Source: Octopus bimaculoides (taxonomy: Eukaryota). Taken from it: DNA of 32,181 bases. Position 1 is the stretch's first letter. The number at the start of each line of letters is the position of its first letter. The notes beneath the pieces are model-generated. The model was not told the DNA's origin. It made no database searches and saw only the letters and a list, made by a program, of their open reading frames with translations. The DNA lies in NCBI RefSeq assembly GCF_001194135.2, contig NC_068992.1, forward strand, positions 20,684,543-20,716,723. The letters are read 5' to 3'. Positions 1-11,871 of this stretch are shown here, one piece after another. The position numbers were made by a program, and so were the translations under genes.

Positions 1-72
1 TATATATATATATATATATATATATGCATATATATAACACACGGCGTGTGGGGCGCGTGTGTGCGTGTTTGT
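1..72. repeat. (TA)n/TG-rich repeat at window start
   Basis: Direct reading. Confidence 0.9.
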
Positions 73-2502
73 GTTCGTGTTCGTCAGTGAGTATGTGTTG
101 TATCCGTATACACGGATGCATATATAGTTTCATTTCATTGAGATGCAAATATCAATCAACATGAATATGATGATTATGCTAACGATATTCAGTATATATG
201 TACACAGTAATTAAATTTTCACTTTAATGCAAATCGTATACTAACGTTAAACTCGATTGAAATTTTCTAAAATATTCCGTTTATCAACGTAAAGAAAAGA
301 CTTTGATATATTTGCAATCGATTAGGTTAAAGAAAATGTTGTCATAATTATTTCCAAAAGATCTCGTTTTTCTTTTTTCAAAAGCCTCCCGGTTTCAACA
401 TTTATCCAAGAGAAATTATATTTTATAAAATAAATGTGAGCTTCTCTCCTGGTTATGTGTACGAATTAGATATATACGCGTAAATGTATTTAACACACAC
501 ACACACGCACATTTATATATATGGACATNNNNNNNNNNTATGCGACCATATAGTTGCAAAATAACGTGGAGAATGTAGTGTTGTAGTACCAAGGATTTCA
601 GTATTTTGCCGTGGATATAGTTATGTTTCTATTTGACATACGCATGTTAATGAAACGCACCGGTAGTTATGTCACATGAAATACAGCTATGGTTCTGCTT
701 ACTGTAAATAAGTTCGTTGATATAAGTTTAATAACCCATTGTGACTGAGAGCTTACAAACCACTGCCGTTTACTTGTCTCAATCCATCATTAGTTAGGCT
801 TGCCAATGCTCTCGCTGCTGTAAATTTTGCCTTTACTAAATGAGTTTTTACAAACAAATGAACATTTTTCAGATAGTTACATTAGGAAATAACTACTTAC
901 ATGAATGAATATCTCAAGGAATAAATTTCCTCTGTTGGTCCCATCCCACAAGTGTGTTAATTTTTACTATCTGGTCTCAGACAAACTGCTTATCATAAAT
1001 TACTTAATAATTAAAATATTTCTTTCGCCTCTAAATATGTTCAATAATACTTTTGCTTGGACTTTCAAGATATATTTTGAGTTTCTTCCCATGAAGAATC
1101 ATACAGAAAATTAGTGCCCAATGACTATAACATACTCCAGTCTATAGAGGACTGTTATGTGATATTATATTCAACGCATAGAGTTTCAAATTTGATAAAC
1201 TGATTATTGCTAATATAAGATTTGTTCCTTTCGAACAATTATACATTATTACTTTAATGTAATTTTCATCTAGAATGGTCTGAGCCGTAGGGGATGTTTG
1301 CATTCTTTTTAACCGGTACGTCTATTATCTACCGTATTTGGTATTCGTATTTACAGAAGACAGAGTTCTGTAACGATATTTATATTCATATCACATGATA
1401 TGTAATGCAGTGTCAGAGATGATGACCAGAAGACGACAGGATATATACCTAAATACCGAAACACAAATCATTTACCTTCATCTATGTATTTAGTGTTTGC
1501 TCACTGTAAGAAATCAATAATTTATTTTTGAGAATTTAAACTTATTATTATTGCTGGTAATGTAGAGGGAAAAGATAACGTCATAGAATGCCATGAGTAT
1601 TAGTACATTTTTCAAATTAATCCGGTGCGTTCTAAAGGTGCAATTCACCTTAAATGTACCAGATATATTTTCATATGCTGTAATCAGGTTTATTTATAGT
1701 ATTCTTGTTGTATAAACATAATTAAATTCGATTTTATTCTCAATTGTAAATAGAAATGTATTGAACACCATTTCATTGAACTGAATTTTTGCATTTGTTC
1801 ATAAAATTCACTCATTGATTGGAGTCACCGAATTAAATATAGTTATTTGAGACACTAAAACGACACGTTTTCTAAGGTGATGGAGAGTGTTCTCATCGAA
1901 AATACATTTTCACAACAATCAAAGTGATAACGGCAAGTTAAATCGCGCAGTAAATAAAGACATTAATGATATTTTAAATGAAAAAAAAAAGGACGTAAAA
2001 ATAAAACTTTGTAAATGTGCTCTAAAATTTAAAGTAAAAAAATGCTCTTTAACGTTTAAGTAAAATAAAGACTAACAATAATATTTGCAGTGTCGAATAA
2101 TTACCAGTAATTTTCCAACATTGGTGAAAGGACCTATACTTGAAATCACATTACTTCAGTGTTAAACTTATCGGTAAGTTTTATTACAAGTTAGAAAACT
2201 AATTAAAGTTTCTGCCCCAATTCCTTTTCGATGAGCGCGTAATTTACGAGTAAATATGCGATTAATATTACATTAGACTTTGTATATAATTTAAGATTGA
2301 AGATGTCTTATTTTAGATTTAGTATGAAATTATTTTGATTGAATACTTACATCACGTAGCCGGTGTGAGCAACGTGTAACCTTAAATTAATGGCAAAATG
2401 TAACACATACATGTTACATCACTGAAATTAAATTTGTCTCATGCATTATACTGCAATAAAGTTAATGTTGGCATATTCAACGTTCTAAGAGTTAAGCACC
2501 TA

Positions 2503-2574
<72 letters not shown>

Positions 2575-2604
2575 ATTATCATTATTATTATTATTACTAT
2601 TATT
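2503..2604. repeat. (ATT)n microsatellite
   Basis: Direct reading; abuts repeat copy 1. A shorter (ATT)n lies on the other side at 3128-3168. Confidence 0.98.
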
Positions 2605-3127
2605 GAGTGAGAAAGCAGCGCATGCTATCAAAGGGACCCTGGGGTACAAATATATGAAGTCCAATATACCCATCATAACTACACACCTGATAAGGGTAGA
2701 CCAGGCGCATGCATCACAACAATTTTTGCGCGATATAGTGATATCATATCAAGATAAACAGCTCATGACCTTGCAGAGGGGGCACGCTTAGAATTTTCTT
2801 TAGGTGAAGTAGCCCATCCCATTTAAAAGGTCCCTGAATAAGGCTTGTGAAAAGATGATGAATGAAACACCCTAAACTATTCCTTTCAACACATGACTAC
2901 GATGGTCTACAACTACCTCTGCTCGTGATCAGTGATGCACATATCGTCCTCAGACACTAAGGGACATGCTCAACTCATTAAGGTCAAACAAATGAGAAGC
3001 AAATCTGTGGTATTCAGCTAAATATTTGCTGTATCCCATTTTAATACCAAGACAAGACGTGTACATGATAATACTTCCAATGTGTTGAGAAGCCATGAGA
3101 GCCAGTGCCTGGTACTGCATCAGGCCA
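2605..3127 (-). mobile_element. ~520-bp non-coding interspersed repeat embedded in (AAT)n, copy 1 (probable non-autonomous retroposon)
   Basis: Aligns end to end with 16788-17297 (shared blocks such as atatcaagataaa, ttagaattttc, ctgctcgtgatcag, gtacatgataa, atgagagcca). Both copies start GAGTG after (TAT)n and end (G/C)CAT before (TTA)n. No TIRs or coding motif. Strand is inferred from the longer (AAT)n side being the tail. Confidence 0.85.
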
Positions 3128-3168
3128 TTTATTATTATTATTATTATTATCATTATTATTATTATTAC

Positions 3169-3356
3169 CATCGTTATTGTGGTCGCCAACAGAAAAAGCC
3201 ACGCTTGACCTCGGTTCTGTATTTTGTTTTTGAAAATCTTCAGTTTTCTCCGGAAAAGTAGCCGTGCTTTGCTGTCATTTTCAACCAGGGTGGAGAATAA
3301 GGGATACTTTCTTAATGTAATCGAATACTTCCAGCTCCAAATTTCGGGACCTGTAC
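3169..3356 (-). CDS. Candidate exon (G/S)TGPEIWSWKYSITLRKYPLFSTLVENDSKARLLFRRKLKIFKNKIQNRGQAWLFLLATTITM
   Basis: Strong acceptor ttttataataacactttctttcgtag; 62 open codons in phase 1, long for DNA this AT-rich; donor ATG|gtaata at the edge of the (AAT)n run. An alternative phase-2 reading gives YRSRNLELEVFDYIKK. Confidence 0.4.
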
Positions 3357-4039
3357 CTACGAAAGAAAGTGTTATTATAAAAGAAGCAGTTATTATTACT
3401 TCTTTTTTTTTATTCTTAAGTTTTTGCTGTCATAGTTTCTCATTCGACAAAATGTTCTATTTATCACTTATGTGATTTCAAACAATTCGTTAGACTGCAT
3501 GCAACGCTGATCGGTGTTGTGGTGAAATTTGTTGTTAGAAAATTAACAAAGCATTTTTAGCGCAGAAGAAATGAAAATTACTTTAATTTAGCCAAAAAAT
3601 ATAATTTTGCTGCTAGGCATTTCAAACATCATGACCATGTCAGCAGTTGTTCCCAAAATTATAACCCCCAACAAAGAAAAACAAAGCATATAAAGAAAAT
3701 ATTAGAGACAATTGCACTTTTAAAAATACTAAGAAATGTTATTTTCGCTGGGAGATATGTCTCGCACCTTGACAGCCATAAACAGTATCAAGTAAAACGT
3801 GTAATGGAATAAAAAAAAAACTACAGCATAAATAGCTTTTGCTTCCGTTGTCACAACAAAAGAAAGTAAATATTAATCAACTAGCAATGTATTAGATGCT
3901 ATCGCACATTGAATTCTAATACTGTGTTTCGTTATTCAAGAGTGGGTGTAAAGACTAACCTTATTACAGAAAGTAAGCCATTTTCGAATACCTTCAAAAG
4001 TTCTACTGAGGGAAAGCGAGAGCGATGTAGGAGACGATA

Positions 4040-4580
4040 TAATTTACATACTTCACGATAGAATGGACGATAGTATTTCGCCGGTTTTCAAATCATAAGT
4101 GGAAGACATATGTCAGACCGAGGAAGTGCGCTATACTGGCGTCTAGGCTTTTACTTTATGATATCATTGGAAGAATATAAGAATGACACTGTGAAGTTTT
4201 ACCAGTGATATTGATACCTAGCTCGATGTTACAAGCGGTGAGGCAAAGAGAAACAATATGTGAATCGTAGACGTCACTAGTTTTGAATACTTGTGATGTG
4301 GGAATACACAGATCTATACAATAAATGCACGATCGTAGATGCAGATAGAAAAATAATGAGGCTACCGGAGCAACACAGAAAGCAGTTCTTATAAACATTA
4401 AAGCAATGATCACCTAAGTAGCTTGAGGAAGTCCATTAACCGACAGTTGGATAGAATATTCAATAGCAGTAGATCCTGCAAGCACAAGAGCTGGGCACGG
4501 AGATATTTGTTCCCAAAGCGTTATAAGTTGGAGTAGACAAGTTTGCCTCTTGCTCGGTTTCAGGAGTGCGTAATATTAAG
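4040..4580 (+). mobile_element. Decayed 3' end of a restriction-like-endonuclease (R4/Dong- or R2-type) non-LTR retrotransposon
   Basis: Frameshifted peptides in the expected order: LHDR (cf. RHD), KNDTVKFY (cf. ENDxVKILWD), KEKQYV/IVDVTSFE (cf. KEKxCxIVDVTVPFE), GATGATQKAVLINIKAMIT* (cf. GALG...LQKAVLL). These are followed by a ~150-bp non-coding tail ending ggagtgcg-taatattaa. Motif comparisons are from memory. Confidence 0.5.
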
Positions 4581-4603
4581 TTCCTATTCACAGTAATATT
4601 AAC

Positions 4604-4637
4604 CTGTCAGCTTTTGTAGATGGGGATCAGTTAGGTT
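4604..4637 (-). CDS. Weak candidate exon NLTDPHLQKLT(G)
   Basis: Strong acceptor tatattattgttcttcag and donor CAG|gttaat; single open frame, phase 0>1. It fits 3356 downstream, but I found no clean upstream partner. Confidence 0.25.
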
Positions 4638-4699
4638 CTGAAGAACAATAATATAAATATAGAGTACATAATAAGAGTGTCCATTTGTAGAAATATTGA

Positions 4700-4860
4700 A
4701 ATAAAACGAAGAAAGAATTGTGCATCTGATGTGGTGAAGGTAGTGGTATTTAAGTCAGAAGAAAATCAGCTCGTTCCAAGGAGTATCAGGAAGTGCACAA
4801 TCTTAAAAATGAATAAGAGAATACTGCTAAAGAAAGTGCTTCTTTTTATGAGATCTTAAG
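4700..4860 (+). mobile_element. Possible decayed reverse-transcriptase fragment of a non-LTR element
   Basis: DVVKVVVFKSEENQL...IRKCTILKMNKR loosely resembles DDLKL..KSExxL...GIDKCAVLKMKR of R4-type RTs; no intact YxDD. Confidence 0.2.
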
Positions 4861-5345
4861 GAGGATGCAGTACTGTATTTATGGAGAGTTTTATAAACCT
4901 ATTTAAGAACGGATAATATAAACATAGGACTTTACTGAAAAGTACTGCAGTCATCTACCGCTATATAAAATATGACACATTAAGTTGCATACGATTTCAA
5001 TACACTAGTGATAAACAGTTAGCAGTATGCGCTGCTTTGCTTGATACACACTAACTTGTGTGTAAACATTCGTGTACGAATAGGTTTGTCATTTTGTACG
5101 CGATAAAATATTTGATGAGCTTTCGTCTATTTCTATTTATTTTTTTTTAGCTTTTAACAAGGTTTTCATGTATTCATTGAATGAGGAACAAACCTGACAT
5201 AATTTACTTATATAACTTTGTTTTTTCCCATCAATACACGGTTTTAAGCCCTAGGTTCTAACGCTTGTTTGTATGTAATTATGCCATGTACCTTGAAAAG
5301 ATAGAATTATCATCATCATTATCATCGTAGTCGTTATTTGTGCAA

Positions 5346-5492
5346 AAGGCAGTTGTGTGCTGACAGGTTCAGTGGTGCGGTTGAAAAAACTACTTGCAGT
5401 ATTCCATCCAGTGAAACTAAAATACCAGTCGAGCATTGAGGTCTGTATCATCGTCCTTAACCGATGACATCAACATTTCTGGCCCTATGCCT
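5346..5492 (+). mobile_element. SINE family A, internally deleted copy
   Basis: 3' part aaataccagtcgagcattgaggtc...atttctggccctatgcctaaattagaaa matches the tails of the 21203 and 28236 copies; the head is degenerate and the central core is missing. Confidence 0.45.
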
Positions 5493-6363
5493 AAATTAGA
5501 AAAAAAAATTGAAGAATATTATATATTTCATTGTTGATCTTACTACTGTTATTGCTTTCGTTTACCAGTAAAGCACAGTCGATAAAATAATCGCAATTTA
5601 AATTGTCTTTAAAACATGTATGTTCGAATTTCAACGAGATCAATTTTACTTTTTATGAATTCATGGGTGAATAATATTGATACTAGTTAAAAACCTCCAT
5701 CGATAAAATTAACAGCACCATTACCAAATACCTCATCTTAATTGTAGTTGTTGTACTAGTAATTATGTTTGATATTAATATTAATTTTAAACATGATACA
5801 AAGAACAAAACGGATTTGACTCAAGTAATTTCCGTCTCGGAGATTTCTGTATTATTATATAAAAAGACATAATAAAGAAAAACTATTAGAACTAATCAGT
5901 GTTAATATCAAATCAATCATTTTCACTAACGACACGCAAACATAGAAAATCACAGAAGAACTAAAGTAAAACACGCATATAAACACCAACACAAACTGAC
6001 ACAAAGACAACAGATACCACAAATTTTCATCACGATATTCATGGAGAGAAATCTAATGAATTTAGAAAATTTATAAGGGAAGCTTTTTGAAATTTCACTG
6101 ATATGACGTGATGTCATGAAAAGAGAGCGTGAGACTACGAGAATAACTTCGTTTTAAACTTGGAATAATCGCGCAATATCGTTGTTTAAATCTTCAAACT
6201 ACAAATGCATAATAACCGGTTTTTAGCGAGATGATGAAGATAGATTTTGCACAGTCAAAAATTTATTCCAATTCGAAAAGAATATATATGTATCACTTGC
6301 TGTGATATTTCAATTTAAAGCTATTATTGTCCAACTGTTTGTTTGCATTGGATTATTGATTAC

Positions 6364-6390
6364 CTATAGGCATGCACAAGACATTTATTT
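6364..6390 (-). CDS. Weak candidate exon (K)INVLCMPI(G)
   Basis: Donor TAG|gtaatc; acceptor taattgtaatag after a long pyrimidine-rich stretch; symmetric phase 1>1. Two frames are open, so it could be chance. Confidence 0.2.
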
Positions 6391-6728
6391 CTATTACAAT
6401 TATATAGACGAAAGTGAGTGAATTGTAAGTGAAATATAAAATGAATATAAGAAGAAAAAAAATGGAACGAAAAGGAAAGATGAAGAAAAGAAATACGAAT
6501 ACTAGAGCTGTATAGTATACTTCTATTTATGTTCTGTCCATCGAAATAGATATTGTTTAAGTCCATATACGAATAGTGACAATATTTCTTTAAATGTTAT
6601 GAAAGACATTAAATGATACATAACAAAAGTCGGTATAGTTATTGGAGCACGAGGATTAGGCAACACATATATTACATTTTAAGAATATTTGTGCCTACTT
6701 TGATGCTTATCTACTTGGCCCCACTTCA

Positions 6729-6731
<3 letters not shown>

Positions 6732-6779
<48 letters not shown>

Positions 6780-7265
6780 GCCTCTCATATATATATATAT
6801 ATANNNNNNNNNNNNNNNNNNNNNNNNNNNNNNNNNNNNNNNNNNNNNNNNNNNNNNNNNNNNNNNNNNNNNNNNNNNNNNNNNNNNNNNNNNNNNNNNN
6901 NNNNNNNNNNNNNNNNNNNNNNNNNNNNNNNNNNNNNNNNNNNNNNNNNNNNNNNNNNNNNNNNNNNNNNNNNNNNNNNNNNNNNNNNNNNNNNNNNNNN
7001 NNNNNNNNNNNNNNNNNNNNNNNNNNNNNNNNNNNNNNNNNNNNNNNNNNNNNNNNNNNNNNNNNNNNNNNNNNNNNNNNNNNNNNNNNNNNNNNNNNNN
7101 NNNNNNNNNNNNNNNNNNNNNNNNNNNNNNNNNNNNNNNNNNNNNNNNNNNNNNNNNNNNNNNNNNNNNNNNNNNNNNNNNNNNNNNNNNNNNNNNNNNN
7201 NNNNNNNNNNNNNNNNNNNNNNNNNNNNNNNNNNNNTATATATGTATATGTGTGTCTGTGTGTGC

Positions 7266-7297
<32 letters not shown>

Positions 7298-7310
7298 GTG
7301 TGTGTGTGTC
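6732..7310. repeat. Compound (CT)n-(AT)n-gap-(TG)n microsatellite block
   Basis: Direct reading; N-gap at 6804-7236. Confidence 0.95.
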
Positions 7311-7439
7311 TGAGAAGCAATTTCGTTTCATAAAGCCATCACTGTGCTTGATGTGAAAGTGATGGTGATGACGTTAAATTTTCATCCGTTTTAATTCATT
7401 TCATATTTAGACACGGAAATAACAATTCAGTACGTAGAT

Positions 7440-7595
7440 GTCATCTTAACTGATTTTTTTATTTCATCGACCTAGAAAAAATGAAAAGTAAATTTAAACT
7501 TGGCTAAACTTGAACTCAAAACATAAAAATCCAAAACAAATACTGCAAAGCCTCTTTTGCCGACATTGTAAGGATACTGCCAATCTACTACCCTA
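7440..7595 (-). mobile_element. SINE family A, degenerate copy (head and core)
   Basis: Reverse complement reads ...ttggcagtatcctta...gttttgagttcaagtttagccaag...ttttcattttttctaggtcgatgaaataa, collinear with the 21203 and 28236 copies. Confidence 0.6.
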
Positions 7596-8738
7596 AAAGA
7601 TTAGAAACATAGGTATCATCCACAAATATTTATTATGGTTAAAAGGAATATCTTTTCCTACAGCGGTATTCGCATAGTTATTACGAAACACCACATCTAG
7701 TTTCTGTATTGAATAAAGGTGTAAGATATCCCAAGACTTAAATAATTAAATGAATGCACCATTTATAAATTCAATATTTTCAAATTATTAGGGATACTCA
7801 AAAGTATTAATTCAATTGAAAGTATAAATTTAATTTAGACTTTCCTACAGAGTACTGCTAAACGAATGAAAATCTACATTTAAATGGAAAATAATGCATT
7901 GCCGTCTACAAGATGCTATCATGTTATATCTGAAAGTAATAGTAAAAAGAAAATATGAAATAAATTGATATATAAAGCAAAAGGAATATCATACCATCTT
8001 TCTTGATTTGGATTAATTACATTCCCCTAAATTCCTAAGAAAACTATTCATATATCAGTAGATTGAACAAATACGTAAGTTTTATGTTTATATATGTTTT
8101 AGTTCTGTTTTTTTTACATTATGATTCCTACTATTTCCTTTCTCAATTTCTTCTCAATTCAGGTAGTGTGTTTTAAAAAGACGTGAGCATATAACTAAAA
8201 TAGAATAAAATAGAATATACGCGGATATGAATAAATTATTTAAACTAAAGTATTAATAATTGGTATTTTTCTAAACCGAAACTCATAAAATATTTAAGTT
8301 TTGGATTTTTAATTTCCTGTTGTAGGAAAATACATAGTTATACGAAAGATGTTGAATAAATCTTCGTGTATTTATTTAAATAATGAATTTCCATGACTTG
8401 TCTGTTAAAGTTACAAATAAATCTCTTTCTTCACTCAAATGAATTGAACGAATATCGCAGTTTATGGCGAGGTACAGGAATTTATAAAATTTAAATATGT
8501 AGCTAAATTTTCGAGGGATTAGGCCTCCTAGCATCAAATGAACTGTTTTCCTCATGTGAGATCTTTGCATTTAAAGACACTTGAATATATAAAACTTATA
8601 TCTAATAGTAAAATATTAACAAATCAGAATGTATTTCTCTGTTCAATATAAATACATTTGAGGGTGTTTCATTTGTACTCGTTTGCTTTTGAATGTTGTT
8701 TCTATTATTGCATATCACATACGTATATTGATACATAC

Positions 8739-8793
8739 TCCAAAGCGGCTGATGTTGGTCTACCTTGGAGCGTATTATATTACATAGTAAAAC
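8739..8793 (-). CDS. Candidate coding exon VLLCNIIRSKVDQHQPLW
   Basis: Acceptor gtattttgttcttacag and donor GA|gtatgt; the only open frame is phase 0>1, matching 9315. Confidence 0.55.
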
Positions 8794-9314
8794 CTGTAAG
8801 AACAAAATACATTGAACATGCTATGGAAAGTCCACCCTTTCCGGCAGGCCTTTTTTCAGTGTAAAGGTGAAATAAGAGAAATTAATGAGAATGAACAGAG
8901 CTTTAGTTCTTTCTAAATGTTTTTTAAAAAAATACAACTGATAAAGAACGCAGGATCACGTCAGTTTCATACATGAACAGAAGTGGTAGGATAAAAAGTG
9001 CAAGAAGGGAAAAGGAAAGATTGTTGAAGAAAGAAGAACATAAGGTGACTGGAAACGATGAGACTAGAAGGTGAGGAAGGAGAATTATATCATCTCTGAG
9101 AAGAAAAGCCGAAGTAGCATTCCAGTTTTGATCATTCCAGCTTTGTACCTATCTATAGCATATGTTCTAACTGGACGGTTATGTAGCCTGGACGATTGAT
9201 CCTCCGTATGAAGCAATAATATTTCTATGATGCAAGCATTCTTACAAAGGAAGCATGTCTGACATATTTAGTACATTTCAATTCCATCAAACCATGTTCA
9301 CTAGTTTAACTTAC

Positions 9315-9366
9315 CACTTTAGTTAAGTATGTATTGATCATGAACATGATGGTGTAAAAAGTGACT
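9315..9366 (-). CDS. Candidate coding exon VTFYTIMFMINTYLTKV
   Basis: Acceptor ctaactgttaatttattcag with branch motif ctaac; donor GTG|gtaagt; single open frame, phase 2>0. Confidence 0.55.
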
Positions 9367-9924
9367 CTGAATAAATTAACAGTTAGCTTTCTACTAGAAT
9401 GTATTTTGCATGCAAATTGATTACGAAGTAACCTCAGATAATCGTGAATTTGTGCTATGGTATACAGCATAGAATTTGAATAACTCGTTATTTTTCTTTT
9501 ATCACAAGTCGATCGATGTAAAAAAAAGTTATTTCAAATCTCAATTTTTCAAAGAATAGACATATTATCTAGTTTTAGAATTATGTCTATTTATAGACAT
9601 TGTTTATTGTACAATATGTGTTGTGCGTTTGTTTCTCATTTTCATTGTATTAAAATATTCTTTGTGTTTTTTTTTTTATGATTATGCCCAAGCATTTCTC
9701 TCGTTTGAATACATTACATCAATAAAATTCGACCATAAAGTATGACGTAGACGAAACACATATAACCGAATTTTGCACGAAGAATATATTGAATGATATC
9801 AGAGATATTCAATATAGACAACCTTATATAGATATCACACCAAATGCTGCAGATGCAGAGTATAACATATCGAACATGCCATATGTATTAGCCATTAGCT
9901 ACTATAGTTTTGTACTTCTTATAT

Positions 9925-10185
9925 GTATACACACACATACACACACACACACAGACACACACACACACACAGAGTAGGGGACCACTGATCAATGGAATGT
10001 TCTTTATGCTGCCTGTCTCGTTTCTCTATTTGTTTCTTTAGTTGTTCGAAAACAATTTCGTTTTCCCTGCTTTTGTTTTTTATGTTCTCATTACTCATTT
10101 TGTTCACGATTTTTGACGTCCTGTACCCTTATATGCATGTATATAGACATATATATGTAAGCATGTACATGTATGTGTGTCTATA

Positions 10186-10223
<38 letters not shown>

Positions 10224-10233
10224 NNNNNNNNNN

Positions 10234-10268
<35 letters not shown>

Positions 10269-10273
10269 ACACA
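9925..10273. repeat. (CA)n array (9925-9972) and (TA)n array (~10130-10265)
   Basis: Direct reading; 10-N gap at 10224-10233. Confidence 0.9.
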
Positions 10274-11118
10274 CAAAGAGGTACCTGAAAGTAAACGAAA
10301 CGTTCTCTGTAGGAGAAACGCTTCGTAGTTCAGACTTCCATCGCTAGAAGCCACTTCACGCGAACCCTGGTCATCTGTCTACCGACCTCCAGCGTCCTGT
10401 AGGGTCACACCTCTACGTGGTGCGTCTTTGCTTTGCAGTGCTTCTCCCTTGTTCGTCGATTTTTGCGATTGCCGGAACGAAGGAACAGCGAGCGTGCGTG
10501 CAATTCAACTTTCTGCTAGAGAAAATGGTAGCTAAAACAGTTTTCATGCTCCAAACAGCCATCTTACAAAAGTCGTTCCACGAGCAAGCACAAGTTTACA
10601 ACTGGTTTTGACGTTTTAGAAATAGTTACGTGATGCCTGAAGACCAACCTCGATGAAACTTAGTTGATATGAATGGTATGTCCTGGAGCTCCAGCCAATG
10701 ATTTTTGAACGAGGAATTGGGAATAAACAGAGTTACAGCAAAGGTCGTACCTCGCCCACGCACGGAAGTGTGAGACAGTATTCGAAAAACAATGGCATGA
10801 CCCCGCTTAGCCACCTTTCACGTCACCCGATCTTGCTTCCTTCCACTTTTTCTTTTGTTCCTCCGATTGCAAAATGTCCTTGAAGGAAAATGTTTCGCAG
10901 ATTTGAAAAGAGGTAAAGAAAAAAAAAGCATCGGACCGTTAAAAGGCATCACTTCGCAAGAGTTCCATGACTTTTACAAACAGTGGAAAACGCGTCTGGA
11001 CCGATGCATCAATTTCAATAGAATATACTTTGAAGACGATAAAAGTGCAAACATGTAACATCTAAGTGAATAAAATAATATTGCAAAATTTTGTATATAA
11101 ATGTGAAATACCTGTATA
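10274..11118 (+). mobile_element. Internally deleted mariner-type DNA transposon (transposase pseudogene ~10468-11058)
   Basis: Frameshifted segments in order: KEQRACVQFNFLLEK...QAQVYNWF*RFRN..PEDQPR (HTH); FLNEELGINRVTAKVVPR (WVPHEL-like); VRQYSKNNGMTPLSH; SPDLASFHFF (YSPDLAP-D motif); LEGKCFAD...EFHDFYKQWKTRLDRCINFNRIYFEDD. The segments carrying the first two catalytic Asp are absent. Mariner-like left end caaagaggtacctgaaagtaa; right end degenerate. Confidence 0.9.
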
Positions 11119-11590
11119 TACAAAGACTTCCCTAGAAGCTTTATATAGAAAATATTATGTATTAGTACAAAGCAAAACAGAACATCTAAAGGGTTTTGTG
11201 ATTACGTTTAAACATTCATTTATGAAAAAATATAGACGTTTATAGCTAGGTTACTTATATATATATATANNNNNNNNNNNNNNNNNNNNNNNNNNNNNNN
11301 NNNNNNNNNNNNNNNNNNNNNNNNNNNNNNNNNNNNNNNNNNNNNNNNNNNNNNNNNNNNNNNNNNNNNNNNNNNNNNNNNNNNNNNNNNNNNNNNNNNN
11401 NNNNNNNNNNNNNNNNNNNNNNNNNNNNNNNNNNNNNNNNNNNNNNNNNNNNNNNNNNNNNNNNNNNNNNNNNNNNNNNNNNNNNNNNNNNNNNNNNNNN
11501 NNNNNNNNNNNNNNNNNNNNNNNNNNNNNNNNNNNNNNNNNNNNNNNNNNNNNNNNNNNNNNNNNNNNNNNNNNNNNNNNNNNNNNNNNN

Positions 11591-11628
<38 letters not shown>

Positions 11629-11871
11629 GTGTGTGCTTATCAAATATAACATGTTCTCCTGTCTGTGTGTGTGTATTAGTGAGAAACAACATTACACTCC
11701 ACCTCTACAAAAGACCTAATAACTAAGAAAGGAAATGTCTGTACTCTTATACCAAATTCAACATTCTTGTAAAACCACTACAGTAAAGCGTTTAGTGTAT
11801 ATTGTCGGAACCCGTTGAACAAACTGCCACAAACTATACAATGTTTTCAACCAATTCGACATGGAGCCCAC

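Noticed and set aside
757-1141. Further minus-strand exon candidates (1031-1141 TGVCYSHWAL...EHI*; 757-817 ARALASLTNDGLRQVNGSG)
   Set aside because: Weak acceptor or donor and no motif support; the link to the upstream chain is arbitrary.
1476-1503. Minus-strand exon with strong sites (also 7995-8034 minus and 24360-24416 plus)
   Set aside because: All three frames contain stops. These could only be UTR or non-coding exons, and they show that strong sites arise spuriously here.
7919-7929. Alternative terminal exon giving ...QPLWNIT* from the strong acceptor at 7929
   Set aside because: Cannot be distinguished from the longer model without transcripts; not reported as a feature.
7664-8360. 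Plus-strand mini-chain RYSHSYYETPHLVSVLNKG-VVCFKKT-KIHSYTKDVE*
   Set aside because: Very short exons, a non-consensus first donor context and no recognisable product.
9730-9977. Open frame of ~65 codons ending in (CA)n
   Set aside because: No convincing splice sites or motif, and it ends in a microsatellite.
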